From an uncultured Gammaproteobacteria bacterium (GTDB taxonomy: Bacteria; Patescibacteriota; Patescibacteriia; Magasanikbacterales; UBA922): a stretch of 58,896 bases of DNA. Shown one piece after another: positions 35,196 to 45,792 of this stretch (position 1 is the first letter of the stretch; each line of letters begins with the position of its first letter). The translations under genes and the position numbers were made by a program. The notes beneath the pieces were generated by a model. That model ran no database searches, was not told the origin of the DNA, and was given only the letters and a program-made list of their open reading frames with translations. The DNA lies in NCBI GenBank assembly GCA_964612105.1, contig CAZTEU010000004.1, forward strand, positions 1 to 58,896. The letters are read 5' to 3'.

Positions 35196-37886
35196 TTATT
35201 TTATTTGCCCCCAGCTTGTATTTACACCTACATGCACCTCAATTGGAACGTCCAGTTTTGTTACATTTTCCATTATCTTTTTTACAAGCTCTCCCACCTC
35301 ATCTTCTAACCCTTTTTTTACTTCTATAACAAGTTCATCGTGCACTTGCAACAGCAATTTTACTTCGTTCTTTTTATATTTTTCAGAGAGGTGTTTGTGT
35401 ACATCTATCATTGCCATTTTCATGAGGTCTGCAGCTGTTCCTTGTACAGGCATATTTATTGCCATCCTCTCTCCTGCGTTTCTAATCTGGAAATTATCCG
35501 AGGACAACTCAGGGATGTACCTGCGACGACCAAACAGCGTTTCTACATAACCACTCTTCTGTGCTTTTTTTGTTGTGCTGTCTAAATACTTCTTTACTTT
35601 TGCAAATCCTTTAAAGTACCTTTCGATAAACTCTTTTGCCTCGTAGTGTGCTAAACCTGTTCGCGCAGAAAGTCCGTGTGCTCCCATTCCGTACAGAACA
35701 CCGAAGTTTACCGCTTTAGCTTTTGATCTCATGCTTTTCGTGACATCTTTTAGAGGAACTCCTTGAATTATAGCTGCCGTTGCTTTGTGTACATCATGAC
35801 CTTTCTTAAAAATGTCTATTAGCTTTTCATCATCAGCAAGAGAAGCAACTATTCTGAGCTCTATCTGCGAATAGTCCGCAGCTATAAGAACATTTCCTTT
35901 TTCTGCAACAAAGGCGTCTCTTATTTTTTTACCAAGCTCTGTGCGGACTGGTATGTTTTGTAAATTTGGTTCTGAACTCGACAACCTACCTGTTGTCGTA
36001 ACCGCCTGATTAAAACTCGTGTGAATTCTATTTGTTTTTTTATTAATAAGGGTTGGGAACACATCAATGTATGTGTTACGCAGTTTCTCCAGTTCGCGAT
36101 ATTCTTCTACCAGTGAAATTATTTTGTGCTCATCTCTTAATTTTTCCAGCTCACTTGCAGAGGTAGAGTAGCCTGTTTTTCCTTTCTTAATTCCTTTTGT
36201 TGGAAGGTTGAGTTTTTCGAACAACACCTCTCTTAGTTGTACAGACGAAGAAACGTTAAACTCCTCCCCCGCAAGTTTGTGAATCTTTTTCACAAGAGCA
36301 TCTATATCTTTTCTGGCCTGCTTTGATAACCTCTCCATCATCTTTGTGTCTATTGCAATTCCATTTAGTTCCATTTGAGCAAGTGTGGTAATTAGTGGCA
36401 TCTCAACATCCTCAAACAGCGCATCATTCTCTTCGCTTTTTAATTCTTTTTCATGCTTCTTGTATACCTCCACCACCAAACTAAGCTCTCTTGCAACCAC
36501 ACCTGGATCCTCGCCAAACAAGCTGCCTTGCGCCCCTTTTTCTCCCAAATCTTCGCCTGTCTCTCTCAGAACAACAGAGCGAAGGTCGTGTGCCCGTGTG
36601 CTGGAGTTTACAATATATGAAGATATCATAGTATCAAAGAGACTACACTCCACTTTTGTTCCAGCAACCAGCAAGGCTTTTGTTAGTTTTTTCAGGTCGT
36701 GCCCCACAACTAAGTGTTTGTTACTTCCAAAAACAGAAAAAACATCTTCTAAATCTTTTGGGGCTAGTTTGTTTAGTTGGACATAGTAGTGATCTCTTTC
36801 CACCAAACAACTAAGTCCGACAAGGTCTGCGTTTATAATATCTTCTCCAGTCAAAACTTCCTTACAGGCAAATTCTTTTACTGTGCGAACGTGCTTTACA
36901 AAAGACTTAACCGCTTTTGGTGAATCTATTGTCTGCACTTTAATCTTTGTTTTTGGTTTTGGTTTTTTTTCTTCCTTTTTTTTCTTTTCATTACCAGGAA
37001 CACGCGAAAGTAGTGAGAAAAATTCATAGTTCCTGAGTAAACTCAAAACTTCTTCCATTTTAAAATTATATGCGTCACAGTCTTTTAGCTTAAAACCAAG
37101 CTCTGTGACATCTGTGTGGATTGTTGCTAAGTCAAAACTCATTCTAGCACTTTCTTCTCCTTCTTCTAGCTTCTTAATTGCTCCTGGTTTAAATAGTTCA
37201 CGCACTTGTGAGTCCTTTTTCTTTAGATCTTTATATATTTCATCTATTCCTCCTATTTTTTTAATAAGCTCCGTCGCTGTCTTATCTCCAATACCCCGAA
37301 CGCCTGGAATGTTATCCGAAGAGTCTCCTTTTAGTGCCTTGTAGTCTACGACCCTGTCCGGACCAAAGCCAAACTTCTTCTCCACCTCTTTTTCGTTGTA
37401 TAGCTTCATGTCAGAGAAACCTCTTCTTAGCAAATATACTTCTGTCTTCTCATCATCTACCAACTGCAACATGTCTGCGTCTCCTGTAGCTATGATCGTT
37501 TGTATGGATTTTTTTTCTTTTTTGAGTCTTTTTGCAACTGTACCAATAACGTCATCTGCCTCGAAACCCTCTTTCTCGTAAATAGGTATATTAAAGGCAT
37601 TTACCACATCATACACAAGAGGAATCTGGTCATAAAGATCCTGGTCTGCTTTTTGACGTGTTCCTTTATAATCTTCATAGATTTCATCACGGAAAGTGCC
37701 TCCTGCAACATCAAAAGAAACAGCCAAATAGTCCGGCTTGAGTTGCTCATATACCTTTAACAACATAGAAGAGAACCCGAACACAGCGTTCACAATTGTG
37801 CCGTCTTTTATGGTCAAACCGGGTATTGCGTGGTACGCCCGATGTATAATTGCGTGACCGTCGATGATAACAAATTTCTTTTTCAT
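35196..37886 (-). CDS. polA: DNA polymerase I
   Basis: 5'-3' exonuclease (IDGH...RAYHA, EADDVIGT, GDSSDNIPG) and polymerase motifs (DYSQIELR, KAVNFGVLYG, QVHDEL). Confidence 0.98.
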   Translation of the reverse strand: MKKKFVIIDGHAIIHRAYHAIPGLTIKDGTIVNAVFGFSSMLLKVYEQLKPDYLAVSFDVAGGTFRDEIYEDYKGTRQKADQDLYDQIPLVYDVVNAFNIPIYEKEGFEADDVIGTVAKRLKKEKKSIQTIIATGDADMLQLVDDEKTEVYLLRRGFSDMKLYNEKEVEKKFGFGPDRVVDYKALKGDSSDNIPGVRGIGDKTATELIKKIGGIDEIYKDLKKKDSQVRELFKPGAIKKLEEGEESARMSFDLATIHTDVTELGFKLKDCDAYNFKMEEVLSLLRNYEFFSLLSRVPGNEKKKKEEKKPKPKTKIKVQTIDSPKAVKSFVKHVRTVKEFACKEVLTGEDIINADLVGLSCLVERDHYYVQLNKLAPKDLEDVFSVFGSNKHLVVGHDLKKLTKALLVAGTKVECSLFDTMISSYIVNSSTRAHDLRSVVLRETGEDLGEKGAQGSLFGEDPGVVARELSLVVEVYKKHEKELKSEENDALFEDVEMPLITTLAQMELNGIAIDTKMMERLSKQARKDIDALVKKIHKLAGEEFNVSSSVQLREVLFEKLNLPTKGIKKGKTGYSTSASELEKLRDEHKIISLVEEYRELEKLRNTYIDVFPTLINKKTNRIHTSFNQAVTTTGRLSSSEPNLQNIPVRTELGKKIRDAFVAEKGNVLIAADYSQIELRIVASLADDEKLIDIFKKGHDVHKATAAIIQGVPLKDVTKSMRSKAKAVNFGVLYGMGAHGLSARTGLAHYEAKEFIERYFKGFAKVKKYLDSTTKKAQKSGYVETLFGRRRYIPELSSDNFQIRNAGERMAINMPVQGTAADLMKMAMIDVHKHLSEKYKKNEVKLLLQVHDELVIEVKKGLEDEVGELVKKIMENVTKLDVPIEVHVGVNTSWGQIK

Positions 37887-37956
37887 AATATCTTCATATT
37901 AGCACAAACACCTCTTGAAAAAAAGACTTAATTATGATATGATAGCGCCTGAAAAC

Positions 37957-38028
37957 GGTACCGTGGCCAAGTGGTAAGGCAGAGGTTTGCAAAACCTTTA
38001 TTCGCGAGTTCGAATCTCGCCGGTACCT
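37957..38028 (+). tRNA. tRNA-Cys(GCA)
   Basis: GGTACCG/CGGTACC acceptor, TTGCAAA anticodon loop, GTTCGAATC T-loop. Confidence 0.95.
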
Positions 38029-38089
38029 CAGATAATTGATGGAACAAAAAACAGCCTTGTGGCTGTTTTTTTAGTATTGCGTTGATATG

Positions 38090-38656
38090 TTACTTCCCAA
38101 ACACTTCCATCTCCATGCGTTTTAGTCCAAAGTTTTTTGCTTTTTGTTTAGAAGCCTGTGTGTCTAAAACACCATCTTCGTCTAAAACTGCTGTGTAGAA
38201 ATCAATTCTGTTTGTTCTGTTATAGCGAGCATTCATCCTGTCTCTTACAACAAATATCTTATCACCGTAAACCTCCGGAAAGCGCACCTGCGTTCCTTTT
38301 GGTAAAAAGTTTGCTGCAATAGTGTTTACCTCTCCACGCTCTGCGGCTTCACACAAGTCATAGTTGATAGCAGGAATACACGGGGTGTTATCCGTCTGAT
38401 ATGGATCACTGGAGTATGCTGTTGCAATAATGCTTTTTACACGTGCTGGATCGCGGTCTTCTGCCACAGGAAAATCATTTTTCATAAAATAGTTTCCATA
38501 CTCTGGCAACACTAACACTCTTTCTGGAAACACAGAAGCAACAATCTCATAGTTGGATGTTCTCACAATCTGAGTTGGGCTCATAGCAAAAACCAGAGCC
38601 ATAATGACTGCAATTATTAGTATTTTGTCCTTTAAATAAATTTTCATAGACTGCAA
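38090..38656 (-). CDS. 3D-domain protein (cell-wall lytic type)
   Basis: ATAYSS...QTD.TPC, AANFLP.GT, V.DRM, RIDF, A..FG. Confidence 0.85.
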   Translation of the reverse strand: MQSMKIYLKDKILIIAVIMALVFAMSPTQIVRTSNYEIVASVFPERVLVLPEYGNYFMKNDFPVAEDRDPARVKSIIATAYSSDPYQTDNTPCIPAINYDLCEAAERGEVNTIAANFLPKGTQVRFPEVYGDKIFVVRDRMNARYNRTNRIDFYTAVLDEDGVLDTQASKQKAKNFGLKRMEMEVFGK

Positions 38657-38829
38657 TATAATAGCAATTTTAGTGTTATTTTACAAGGGTCTATACCTAA
38701 ATAAACAACCGCGCATTATAGCACCTTTTGAGGTTTTTGTCAAGGTGTGATAAGGTGTGAAATCAAGAAATGTGCTATAATAATGCCATGTAAATTATTA
38801 TAGATTTTTGGCTAAAATAAGCTTTTTTT

Positions 38830-41796
38830 ATGACAAAAAGAAGAAGGTACGGATATACAAAGAAAACAAAGGGTGGAGCAAAAAAAACACGCAGTCGCGG
38901 TAAATTACTACGTACTGAGGCTTGGTGGATAAGTGTATTGCTTGCACCCATAAAAGTCACGTGGTGGGCTCTTGTTATGTTATGGACATTCTCTGTTTGG
39001 GTACGTAAGAAAATACCACACATGAGCTCTGGAACTAAGGAAGAGGTCAGGCAAAAGATTATTTGGGGAGGGTTAGGAGGAGCTGTCCTTTTGTTTATTT
39101 TTGGAACAATAACCGTTGCCTGGGTGAGTAAAGATTTACCAGACCCAGACAGACTAACAGACAGGAAAGTTGCCCAAAGTACAAAAATATATGATCACAC
39201 CGGAGAGCATTTGCTTTATGAAATATTTACAGACCAAAGAAGAACCGTTATTGAATATGAAGATATTCCGGAACAGCTAATTAATGCTGTAATCGCAACA
39301 GAAGACACGAAGTTCTACGAACACAAAGGTATTCGTCCTTTGAGCATACTTCGTGCTGTTGTTTTTGGTGTGTTTACAACAAAAAGGATAAGCGGAACAT
39401 CCACACTAACCCAGCAACTTGTTAAGAATGCGATTCTTACAAACGAAAGATCTATTCTTAGGAAAATAAAAGAGGCGATTCTTTCAATTAGGCTGGAACA
39501 AAAATACACAAAGAAACAGATATTAAAAATTTACTTTAATGAGATTCCATACGGCTCAACAAACTACGGAGTGGAGGCGGCTTCTTTAAATTATTTTGGT
39601 AAGTCAACAAACGAGCTAAACTTACAAGAGTTGGCAACGCTTGCTGGTCTTCCAAAGGCTCCTTCTAGATATCTAAAAAACAAGGATGCACTAAAAGAGC
39701 GAAGAGATTTTGTGTTGAGGAGAATGCATGACGAAGGGTATATCACAAAAGAAGAAAAAGAGTCTGCACAGGCAGAAGAAGTTACCCTAGAGCAGCGCTT
39801 CGATAACATTAGAGCTCCCCATTTTGTACTTCATGTAAAAGAGCAGCTTGTAGAAATGTTTGGGGAGAATATGGTTAACACGGAAGGGTTAAATGTTCTT
39901 ACAACCTTGGACTGGGAGAAACAAGAGGCTGCAGAAAAGGCGTTTGAAGAGGTTGGTCAAGAGAAATTAACAAACGCAGAAGCAAACAATGCTTCTCTCG
40001 TCGCCCTTAATCCAACAAACGGACACATTGTGAGCATGGTTGGTTCTGCTGATTTCTTTAATGAAGAAATTGATGGACAGTTTAATGTTGCAACACAAGG
40101 CCTGCGTCAGCCTGGATCTTCTTTTAAGCCGATTGTATATACCGCTGCTTTTGAAAAAGGCTACACACCTTCTACTGTCTTGTTTGATGTAGTCACAAAC
40201 TTTGCAGCAAGTGGAAAAGACTACAAACCATTAAACTACAACCTAAAAGAGTTGGGTCCTGTCAGCATGAGACAGGCTCTACAAGGCTCCCTCAACATTC
40301 CAGCTGTAAAAGCCTTGTATCTTGTAGGAGCAAAAAAAGGAGTAGACTTTGCAGAAAGACTTGGTTACTCCACACTTAGTGAAGGCTCTTTTGGTCTGTC
40401 TCTGGTGCTTGGTGGAGGGGAAGTAAAACTACTAGAGCATGTATCTGCTTACGGAGTTTTTGCAAACGAGGGTGTGCGTCATGAAGCTGTTTCTATTGTA
40501 CAAGTGGAGGACAGGTCTGGGGACGTTTTATACAAATGGAAACAGAAGAGAGGGGAGCGTGTTCTTGATAAAAAAATAACAGCTACAATTTCTAATGTGC
40601 TAAGTGATGATTCTGCGAGAGCTTTTGCTTTTGGGACAGGAGGAGTGCTTACCCTGCCTGGTCGTCCTGTAGCAGCAAAGACAGGAACAACAAACGCCTA
40701 TGTAGATGCGTGGACTGTTGGATACACTCCAGACCTTGTTGCTGGAGTTTGGGCAGGAAACACAGATAACACACCAATGAAGAGAGGTTATGGTGGAAGC
40801 AAGGTTGCTGGACCAATATGGAAAGCTTTTATGACAGAAGCCCTAAAAGGGTCTCCTGTAAAAGGTTTCCCAAACCCTCCAGAAAACGATGCTAAAAAAC
40901 CAGCTCTTCTCGGAAGTGCAGGAGGAAATATAACTCTTTCTATCAACAATACGTCCGGTCGCAGAGCAACAAGCTCTACACCAGAACACCTCATTGTACA
41001 AAGAACATATATACAGCCTCACTCTATTTTGCATTATGTAAAAAAAGATAACCCTCGCGGCCCCTCTCCTAAAAACCCATCAGATGACCCACAATACACG
41101 ATTTGGGAAACTGCAATACAAGATTGGATTACAAGAAAGAAAGAGGAGGAGCCAGATTGGGATATTAGTTTTGAGGAGCCCCCAACAGAGATAGACGATG
41201 AATACTCCATGGAGTTACAACCAACACTGGAACTTGTGTACCCAATAAAAGGTGAAACAATTTTTAGTAGACAGATAGACACAGATGTCCGTGTTGGTGC
41301 ACCTCGCGGAGTTGCAAAAGTGTCATATAAAATAGATGATGCTTGGGTAGGTGTTGTTAGAGAACACCCCTTCAACCTAAACTATTACGCAAAAGGGTTA
41401 ACACCAGGAGAGCACACGCTTGTGGTTCTTGTGGAAGATGATGTAGGAAACCGTTTGGAAGAAAGAGTGCCTTTCACATTGATGGCAGATATAGAGAAAC
41501 CTAGTGTGTATTGGGCAGATGCTCCAAAAACAATAAGCCAAAATAAGTTTCCAAGAACCCTCTTCTTTGATCATTACGAGCTAGACAAAATAAAGCAAGT
41601 TACTGTCACAGGAAAGCATAATGGAAATACAGAGGTTATAAAAATAATAGAAGACTTCTCAGATTTGTTTAATAACCAAATCTCATTCCAATGGAAAAAT
41701 ACTCCAGAGAAGGGTGAGTGGTTATTAGAAACTGAAATAAAATTAGATGATGGTGGTAAACACAGTGGACCATCAATTAAGGTTTCTATTAATTAA
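38830..41796 (+). CDS. Class A penicillin-binding protein (PBP1A family) with C-terminal Ig-like domains
   Basis: EDTKFYEH.G, STLTQQLVKN, RQPGSSFKP, SLN, KTGTT. Confidence 0.96.
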   Translation: MTKRRRYGYTKKTKGGAKKTRSRGKLLRTEAWWISVLLAPIKVTWWALVMLWTFSVWVRKKIPHMSSGTKEEVRQKIIWGGLGGAVLLFIFGTITVAWVSKDLPDPDRLTDRKVAQSTKIYDHTGEHLLYEIFTDQRRTVIEYEDIPEQLINAVIATEDTKFYEHKGIRPLSILRAVVFGVFTTKRISGTSTLTQQLVKNAILTNERSILRKIKEAILSIRLEQKYTKKQILKIYFNEIPYGSTNYGVEAASLNYFGKSTNELNLQELATLAGLPKAPSRYLKNKDALKERRDFVLRRMHDEGYITKEEKESAQAEEVTLEQRFDNIRAPHFVLHVKEQLVEMFGENMVNTEGLNVLTTLDWEKQEAAEKAFEEVGQEKLTNAEANNASLVALNPTNGHIVSMVGSADFFNEEIDGQFNVATQGLRQPGSSFKPIVYTAAFEKGYTPSTVLFDVVTNFAASGKDYKPLNYNLKELGPVSMRQALQGSLNIPAVKALYLVGAKKGVDFAERLGYSTLSEGSFGLSLVLGGGEVKLLEHVSAYGVFANEGVRHEAVSIVQVEDRSGDVLYKWKQKRGERVLDKKITATISNVLSDDSARAFAFGTGGVLTLPGRPVAAKTGTTNAYVDAWTVGYTPDLVAGVWAGNTDNTPMKRGYGGSKVAGPIWKAFMTEALKGSPVKGFPNPPENDAKKPALLGSAGGNITLSINNTSGRRATSSTPEHLIVQRTYIQPHSILHYVKKDNPRGPSPKNPSDDPQYTIWETAIQDWITRKKEEEPDWDISFEEPPTEIDDEYSMELQPTLELVYPIKGETIFSRQIDTDVRVGAPRGVAKVSYKIDDAWVGVVREHPFNLNYYAKGLTPGEHTLVVLVEDDVGNRLEERVPFTLMADIEKPSVYWADAPKTISQNKFPRTLFFDHYELDKIKQVTVTGKHNGNTEVIKIIEDFSDLFNNQISFQWKNTPEKGEWLLETEIKLDDGGKHSGPSIKVSIN

Positions 41797-41851
41797 TAAC
41801 TACATATTAAAAAAGCCTAGACTATTCTAGGCTTTTGTTTTGCTTTTATTT

Positions 41852-42973
41852 TTATTGCCTAATAGGCATAACAATATACAGATAAGAATCATCTTCTACA
41901 CTCCTAAACAAACAAGGTGCGTCTGAGCTGTTTAAACTAAAAGCCACATTTCCTTTCATATTATTTAGCCCATCATAGACATACCTGTGGTTTAGTAATG
42001 TTGAGTTCTCATCACCCGTTACGTCTGCCTCTATAATTGCGCTGTAAGCGCCTGTTTGCGCACTTGTTGATGATATAGCAATTGTGTTCTCCGAAGCGTT
42101 TACATCGAAAGATATCGCGTTTACGCCGCTTGTTGTAAACAGACTAGCCCCTTTAATGTGTTTGGTTATCTCTTCCACAGCAAACACAGCACTTGTATTA
42201 AAATCACTTGGAATTATTTGTTTATAGTCTGGATATTTTCCATCCACCAATCTACTTGTCATTTCAAAATTATCATAACGTAGAGCAATCTGATTCTCAC
42301 TCACCCAAACTCTAGCATCACTTTCTACACCCTCACCTTTTGATAGACTCAATATCCTAACCATCTCTCCAGCTGTCTTAGCTGGGATAATGCAGGAGAA
42401 TTCTGAGTCTCCTTGTTTTACAGAAACCTTCTTCTCTGCAAGCCTATACGAGTCTGTCGCCGCCAAAACCAAACCTTTGTGCTGTTCTGTAAAAAAGCCT
42501 GCATATATACCAGCTAGTTCTGGTCTTATATCATTACGAGCAACAGCAACAAGTGCTTTTGACAAGGACTCTCTCAGATGTGTTGCATCTATTAGATAGT
42601 TAGTCTCCTCCTGTATATCTGGTATTACAGGAAAATCGTCTGTAGAAGCGCCTTTTATACTCGTGCTTGTAGAACCAGCTTTTACTTCTAACTCACCCTC
42701 TTTGAGTGAAACTTCTACATTAGTATCTGACAACACACTAACAACATCTAGAATTGTTTTTGCTGGTACAGTGAAGGAACCTACATTATCTACCTTTGCT
42801 CTAACAACTACACGCATTGCTATCTCTAAGTCTGTTGCAATTATTTCCACGTTTGACTCTTTTGCATGTATTGCAATGTTTCCAAGTATTGGAAGATTAA
42901 CACCTCTCCCAACCACTCCACTTACAAGTCCCAGAGCCTTTGTTAAATTTTCTTTTGTGCATGTGAATAACAT
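41852..42973 (-). CDS. dnaN: DNA polymerase III beta clamp
   Basis: LPIL, ATDLE, ATDSYRLAE, G.YPDY...IP, IVMPIR. Confidence 0.98.
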   Translation of the reverse strand: MLFTCTKENLTKALGLVSGVVGRGVNLPILGNIAIHAKESNVEIIATDLEIAMRVVVRAKVDNVGSFTVPAKTILDVVSVLSDTNVEVSLKEGELEVKAGSTSTSIKGASTDDFPVIPDIQEETNYLIDATHLRESLSKALVAVARNDIRPELAGIYAGFFTEQHKGLVLAATDSYRLAEKKVSVKQGDSEFSCIIPAKTAGEMVRILSLSKGEGVESDARVWVSENQIALRYDNFEMTSRLVDGKYPDYKQIIPSDFNTSAVFAVEEITKHIKGASLFTTSGVNAISFDVNASENTIAISSTSAQTGAYSAIIEADVTGDENSTLLNHRYVYDGLNNMKGNVAFSLNSSDAPCLFRSVEDDSYLYIVMPIRQ

Positions 42974-42974
42974 A

Positions 42975-43225
42975 GCCTTTTATTCTTATTCTATATATTT
43001 ATATAAATAATAGTAGTAGTAGGGGGTGTTAATAGTGTTAATAACTTGGAAAAAAGCTTTTGTTTAGTTGTGTATTGGCTTTTGCTCTTGTTATTAATTC
43101 GCGAACGAAACGTGTACTTAATTTGTACAGGTGTGTACCGTTTTTTCCTCACTGTGGATAGCTATCTTTTTATTAACAAGATGTGAACATAGAAGATCCC
43201 AGAAAAATGAACAGTTATAAACAAG
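42975..43225. promoter_or_regulatory. oriC: oriC: AT-rich region, DnaA-trios and DnaA boxes
   Basis: TAATAGTAGTAGTAG-GGGG-TGTTAATAG-TGTTAATAA at 43008-43044 matches the basal unwinding system layout; further boxes at 43153, 43170 and 43215. Confidence 0.85.
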
Positions 43226-43227
43226 AC

Positions 43228-44622
43228 CTACACACTTTCTGTGTACAACTGCTGTTTTATTACCTGCAAATCTTGTTTTAGTTTTGCATCTTGTTCTACA
43301 AAAGTACTAATCTTTGTGTGTGCATGCATTGCTGTTGTATGATCTCTTCCTCCCAACTCATCTCCAATTGCTGGGTATGATAGCTTTAATTCTTCACGAA
43401 GCAGGAACATAACAATTTGTCTTGGGAAAGAGAGTCTCTTCTCCCTACTCTTACCTACAATGTCTTCTATTGTGATATCAAAATATTTTGTAACAATATT
43501 AACAACCTCTTTTGGTGTGATAGATCTTTTAATGTGTTGAGTCGTGAGAGTGCTCAAAATACTTTTAATACTATCCTTTGTTGGTTCCATCTTCTTTAGT
43601 TCATGGAAAGCAATAATTTTATTTAAAGCCCCTTCCAGCTCACGTATGTTGTTTTGTATGCTGGAGGCTATAACATAGGCCAAATCTTCTGGAAGAAAGA
43701 ATTGCCTCTCCTCTGCTTTCATCTGCAAGATAGCAGAGCGGGTTTCTAGGTCTGGAGCAGCAATATCTACAAGCATTCCCCACTCAAAACGACTGCGTAA
43801 CCTGTCTTCCAGAGAAGGAATTGCCTTCGGTGGACGATCGCTTGTAAGAACAACCTGCTTATTTTGCTGATGAAGCTCGTTAAATGTGTGAAAAAACTCT
43901 TCCTGAGTCTGCTCTTTACCTGCAATGAATTGAATATCATCAATTAGGAATAAGTCTACGTTACGATAACGGTCCTTGAACTCTTTTGCTCGACCTTCCT
44001 TAACAGCAGAGATAAAATCATTTGTAAATTTTTCAGAACTAACATATAAAACGCGAAGATCTTGGTTATCTTCTAGCATTTGGTGAGCAATTGCTTGTAA
44101 AAGGTGTGTTTTTCCTAATCCTACACCTCCATATATAAATAAAGGATTATATGACTCCCCCGGACGCTTTGCTACAGCTTGGGCTGCTGCATGTGCTAGC
44201 TCATTTGCCTTTCCAACAACAAAACTCTTAAATGTGTAGTGAGAATTAATACCAAATCTACCAGCAGCCGAGTTTGCAGCAGGAGTTTGCACCCTAACAG
44301 GGGTTTTTACAGGTTCTTGCTCTATAGCAACTGGTTTTGGTGCTAAAATAGCCTCTTTTTCTGTTAAATGTTTAATATTTTGCACCTGATATTCCACCTT
44401 TTTTACAGGTTTTCCTGTAACTCTCTCTAGAGACTGCACTAAAGGAGAGTGATATTTCTTCTGTAACCAGCTCTGTGTGAACTGATTTGGCACACAAACA
44501 ACAACATAGCCACTTTCGTAGTGAGATATACCAGTATTACTAAACCATGTTGTGAAATTGGCTTTTGAGAGGTTTATTTCGAATTCAGCGAGGACAGATT
44601 GCCATATTTCGTAGTTTGTCAT
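43228..44622 (-). CDS. dnaA: Chromosomal replication initiator
   Basis: YNPLFIYGGVGLGKTHL, IDDIQF, RLRSRFEWG, GGRDHTT. Confidence 0.99.
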   Translation of the reverse strand: MTNYEIWQSVLAEFEINLSKANFTTWFSNTGISHYESGYVVVCVPNQFTQSWLQKKYHSPLVQSLERVTGKPVKKVEYQVQNIKHLTEKEAILAPKPVAIEQEPVKTPVRVQTPAANSAAGRFGINSHYTFKSFVVGKANELAHAAAQAVAKRPGESYNPLFIYGGVGLGKTHLLQAIAHQMLEDNQDLRVLYVSSEKFTNDFISAVKEGRAKEFKDRYRNVDLFLIDDIQFIAGKEQTQEEFFHTFNELHQQNKQVVLTSDRPPKAIPSLEDRLRSRFEWGMLVDIAAPDLETRSAILQMKAEERQFFLPEDLAYVIASSIQNNIRELEGALNKIIAFHELKKMEPTKDSIKSILSTLTTQHIKRSITPKEVVNIVTKYFDITIEDIVGKSREKRLSFPRQIVMFLLREELKLSYPAIGDELGGRDHTTAMHAHTKISTFVEQDAKLKQDLQVIKQQLYTESV

Positions 44623-44714
44623 AGTGTTTTATGTTTATATTTGGTCCAAAAACGGACATTAGGGCTATTTTATCACAAGTAAGGCTTCTAAAAAATGGCT
44701 TAATATAGCCAAAA

Positions 44715-44754
44715 AGTGGGTAAGTTGGGGATAAGTTGGGGACAGTGGGGATAA
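44715..44754. promoter_or_regulatory. DnaA-box array upstream of dnaA
   Basis: AGTGGGTAA, TGGGGATAA, TGGGGACAG, TGGGGATAA at 9-11 bp spacing. Confidence 0.75.
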
Positions 44755-44843
44755 CTACAAGTAATAATTGGCTCATTATACATAAAAAGGTTGACTTTTT
44801 CCACCATCTTTTATATAATAGTGCTCACGAATAATCAATACCT

Positions 44844-45020
44844 ATGCCAAAACGAACATATCAGCCAAAAAAGCGTAAACGTGCCAAAGCACACGGCTTT
44901 CGCTCAAGAATGGAAGACAAAAACGGACGCTCAGTCCTAAAAAGACGTCGTGTAAAGGGAAGAAAAAAATTATCTGTCAGTAATGAAAAATCAGGTAAGA
45001 GACGAAGAAAAACACGATAA
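44844..45020 (+). CDS. rpmH: 50S ribosomal protein L34 (58 aa, absent from the ORF track)
   Basis: [23 protein letters not shown]...[18 protein letters not shown] plus a basic tail. Confidence 0.97.
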   Translation: MPKRTYQPKKRKRAKAHGFRSRMEDKNGRSVLKRRRVKGRKKLSVSNEKSGKRRRKTR

Positions 45021-45085
45021 ATAAGCTAAAAATCCCGATACTGTCGGGATTTGTGCTATAATGACATAAATTAATAAGACAAAAT

Positions 45086-45409
45086 ATGAGCATTGGGGAA
45101 CCAGGAGGAGGAAGGAAAAGAGAAAAACCACTAGACCCTCTAGAAATAATTGCAAAAATAGATGATGTAAGTCCAGAGCAGGTGGTGGTTTTCAAAGAAG
45201 GTCTTAGTGAAGAAGCAAGAAAGGCGCTAGAGGAGCTTATGTCTGGAGAAGATCCTCTTATTACCCAAGAAGACTTGGAAATAATTGTATCCATAGACCT
45301 GCTAAGTGACGAAGAAAAACACGCAATAGCATATAGTACAGAAAAAGACTTCGCTCTCCATGATCTCAGAGGACATCTTTCAAAATTAAAAATGATAAAA
45401 GATCTTTAG
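45086..45409 (+). CDS. Acidic hypothetical protein
   Basis: 107-aa ORF with TGCTATAAT extended -10 upstream. Confidence 0.6.
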   Translation: MSIGEPGGGRKREKPLDPLEIIAKIDDVSPEQVVVFKEGLSEEARKALEELMSGEDPLITQEDLEIIVSIDLLSDEEKHAIAYSTEKDFALHDLRGHLSKLKMIKDL

Positions 45410-45413
45410 TTCT

Positions 45414-45791
45414 ATGATTCCAAAAGAGCACCGACTAAAACACATGAAAGATTTTGACATCCTTTTTAAGGAAGGTCGTTTTGTTGGTGGTGATCTGGTT
45501 ACACTAAAAGTTTGGAGCATTAATCCAGAAAAATATCCTCGTAGGAAATATAACAAAGACGAACTAAAAATTGGTTTTGTTGTTGGGCTAAAAGTTAATA
45601 AGAGTGCTGTAAAAAGAAACAGACTAAAAAGACAGATGAGAGAGGCTGTAGCTCTTTTATTAAAAGAAGAAAAAATAAAAAATGGCTATATGGTTGCTGT
45701 AATTGCAAAAAAAGAAATGCTGGAAAAAGAGTACAAGGAAATTGAAAAAGAAATTATAAAAACTTTTAAGGGTGCAAGACTTCTAAAATAA
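45414..45791 (+). CDS. rnpA: Ribonuclease P protein component
   Basis: RLK...DF, IGFVV..KV.KSAVKRNRLKR. Confidence 0.96.
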   Translation: MIPKEHRLKHMKDFDILFKEGRFVGGDLVTLKVWSINPEKYPRRKYNKDELKIGFVVGLKVNKSAVKRNRLKRQMREAVALLLKEEKIKNGYMVAVIAKKEMLEKEYKEIEKEIIKTFKGARLLK

Positions 45792-45792
45792 T

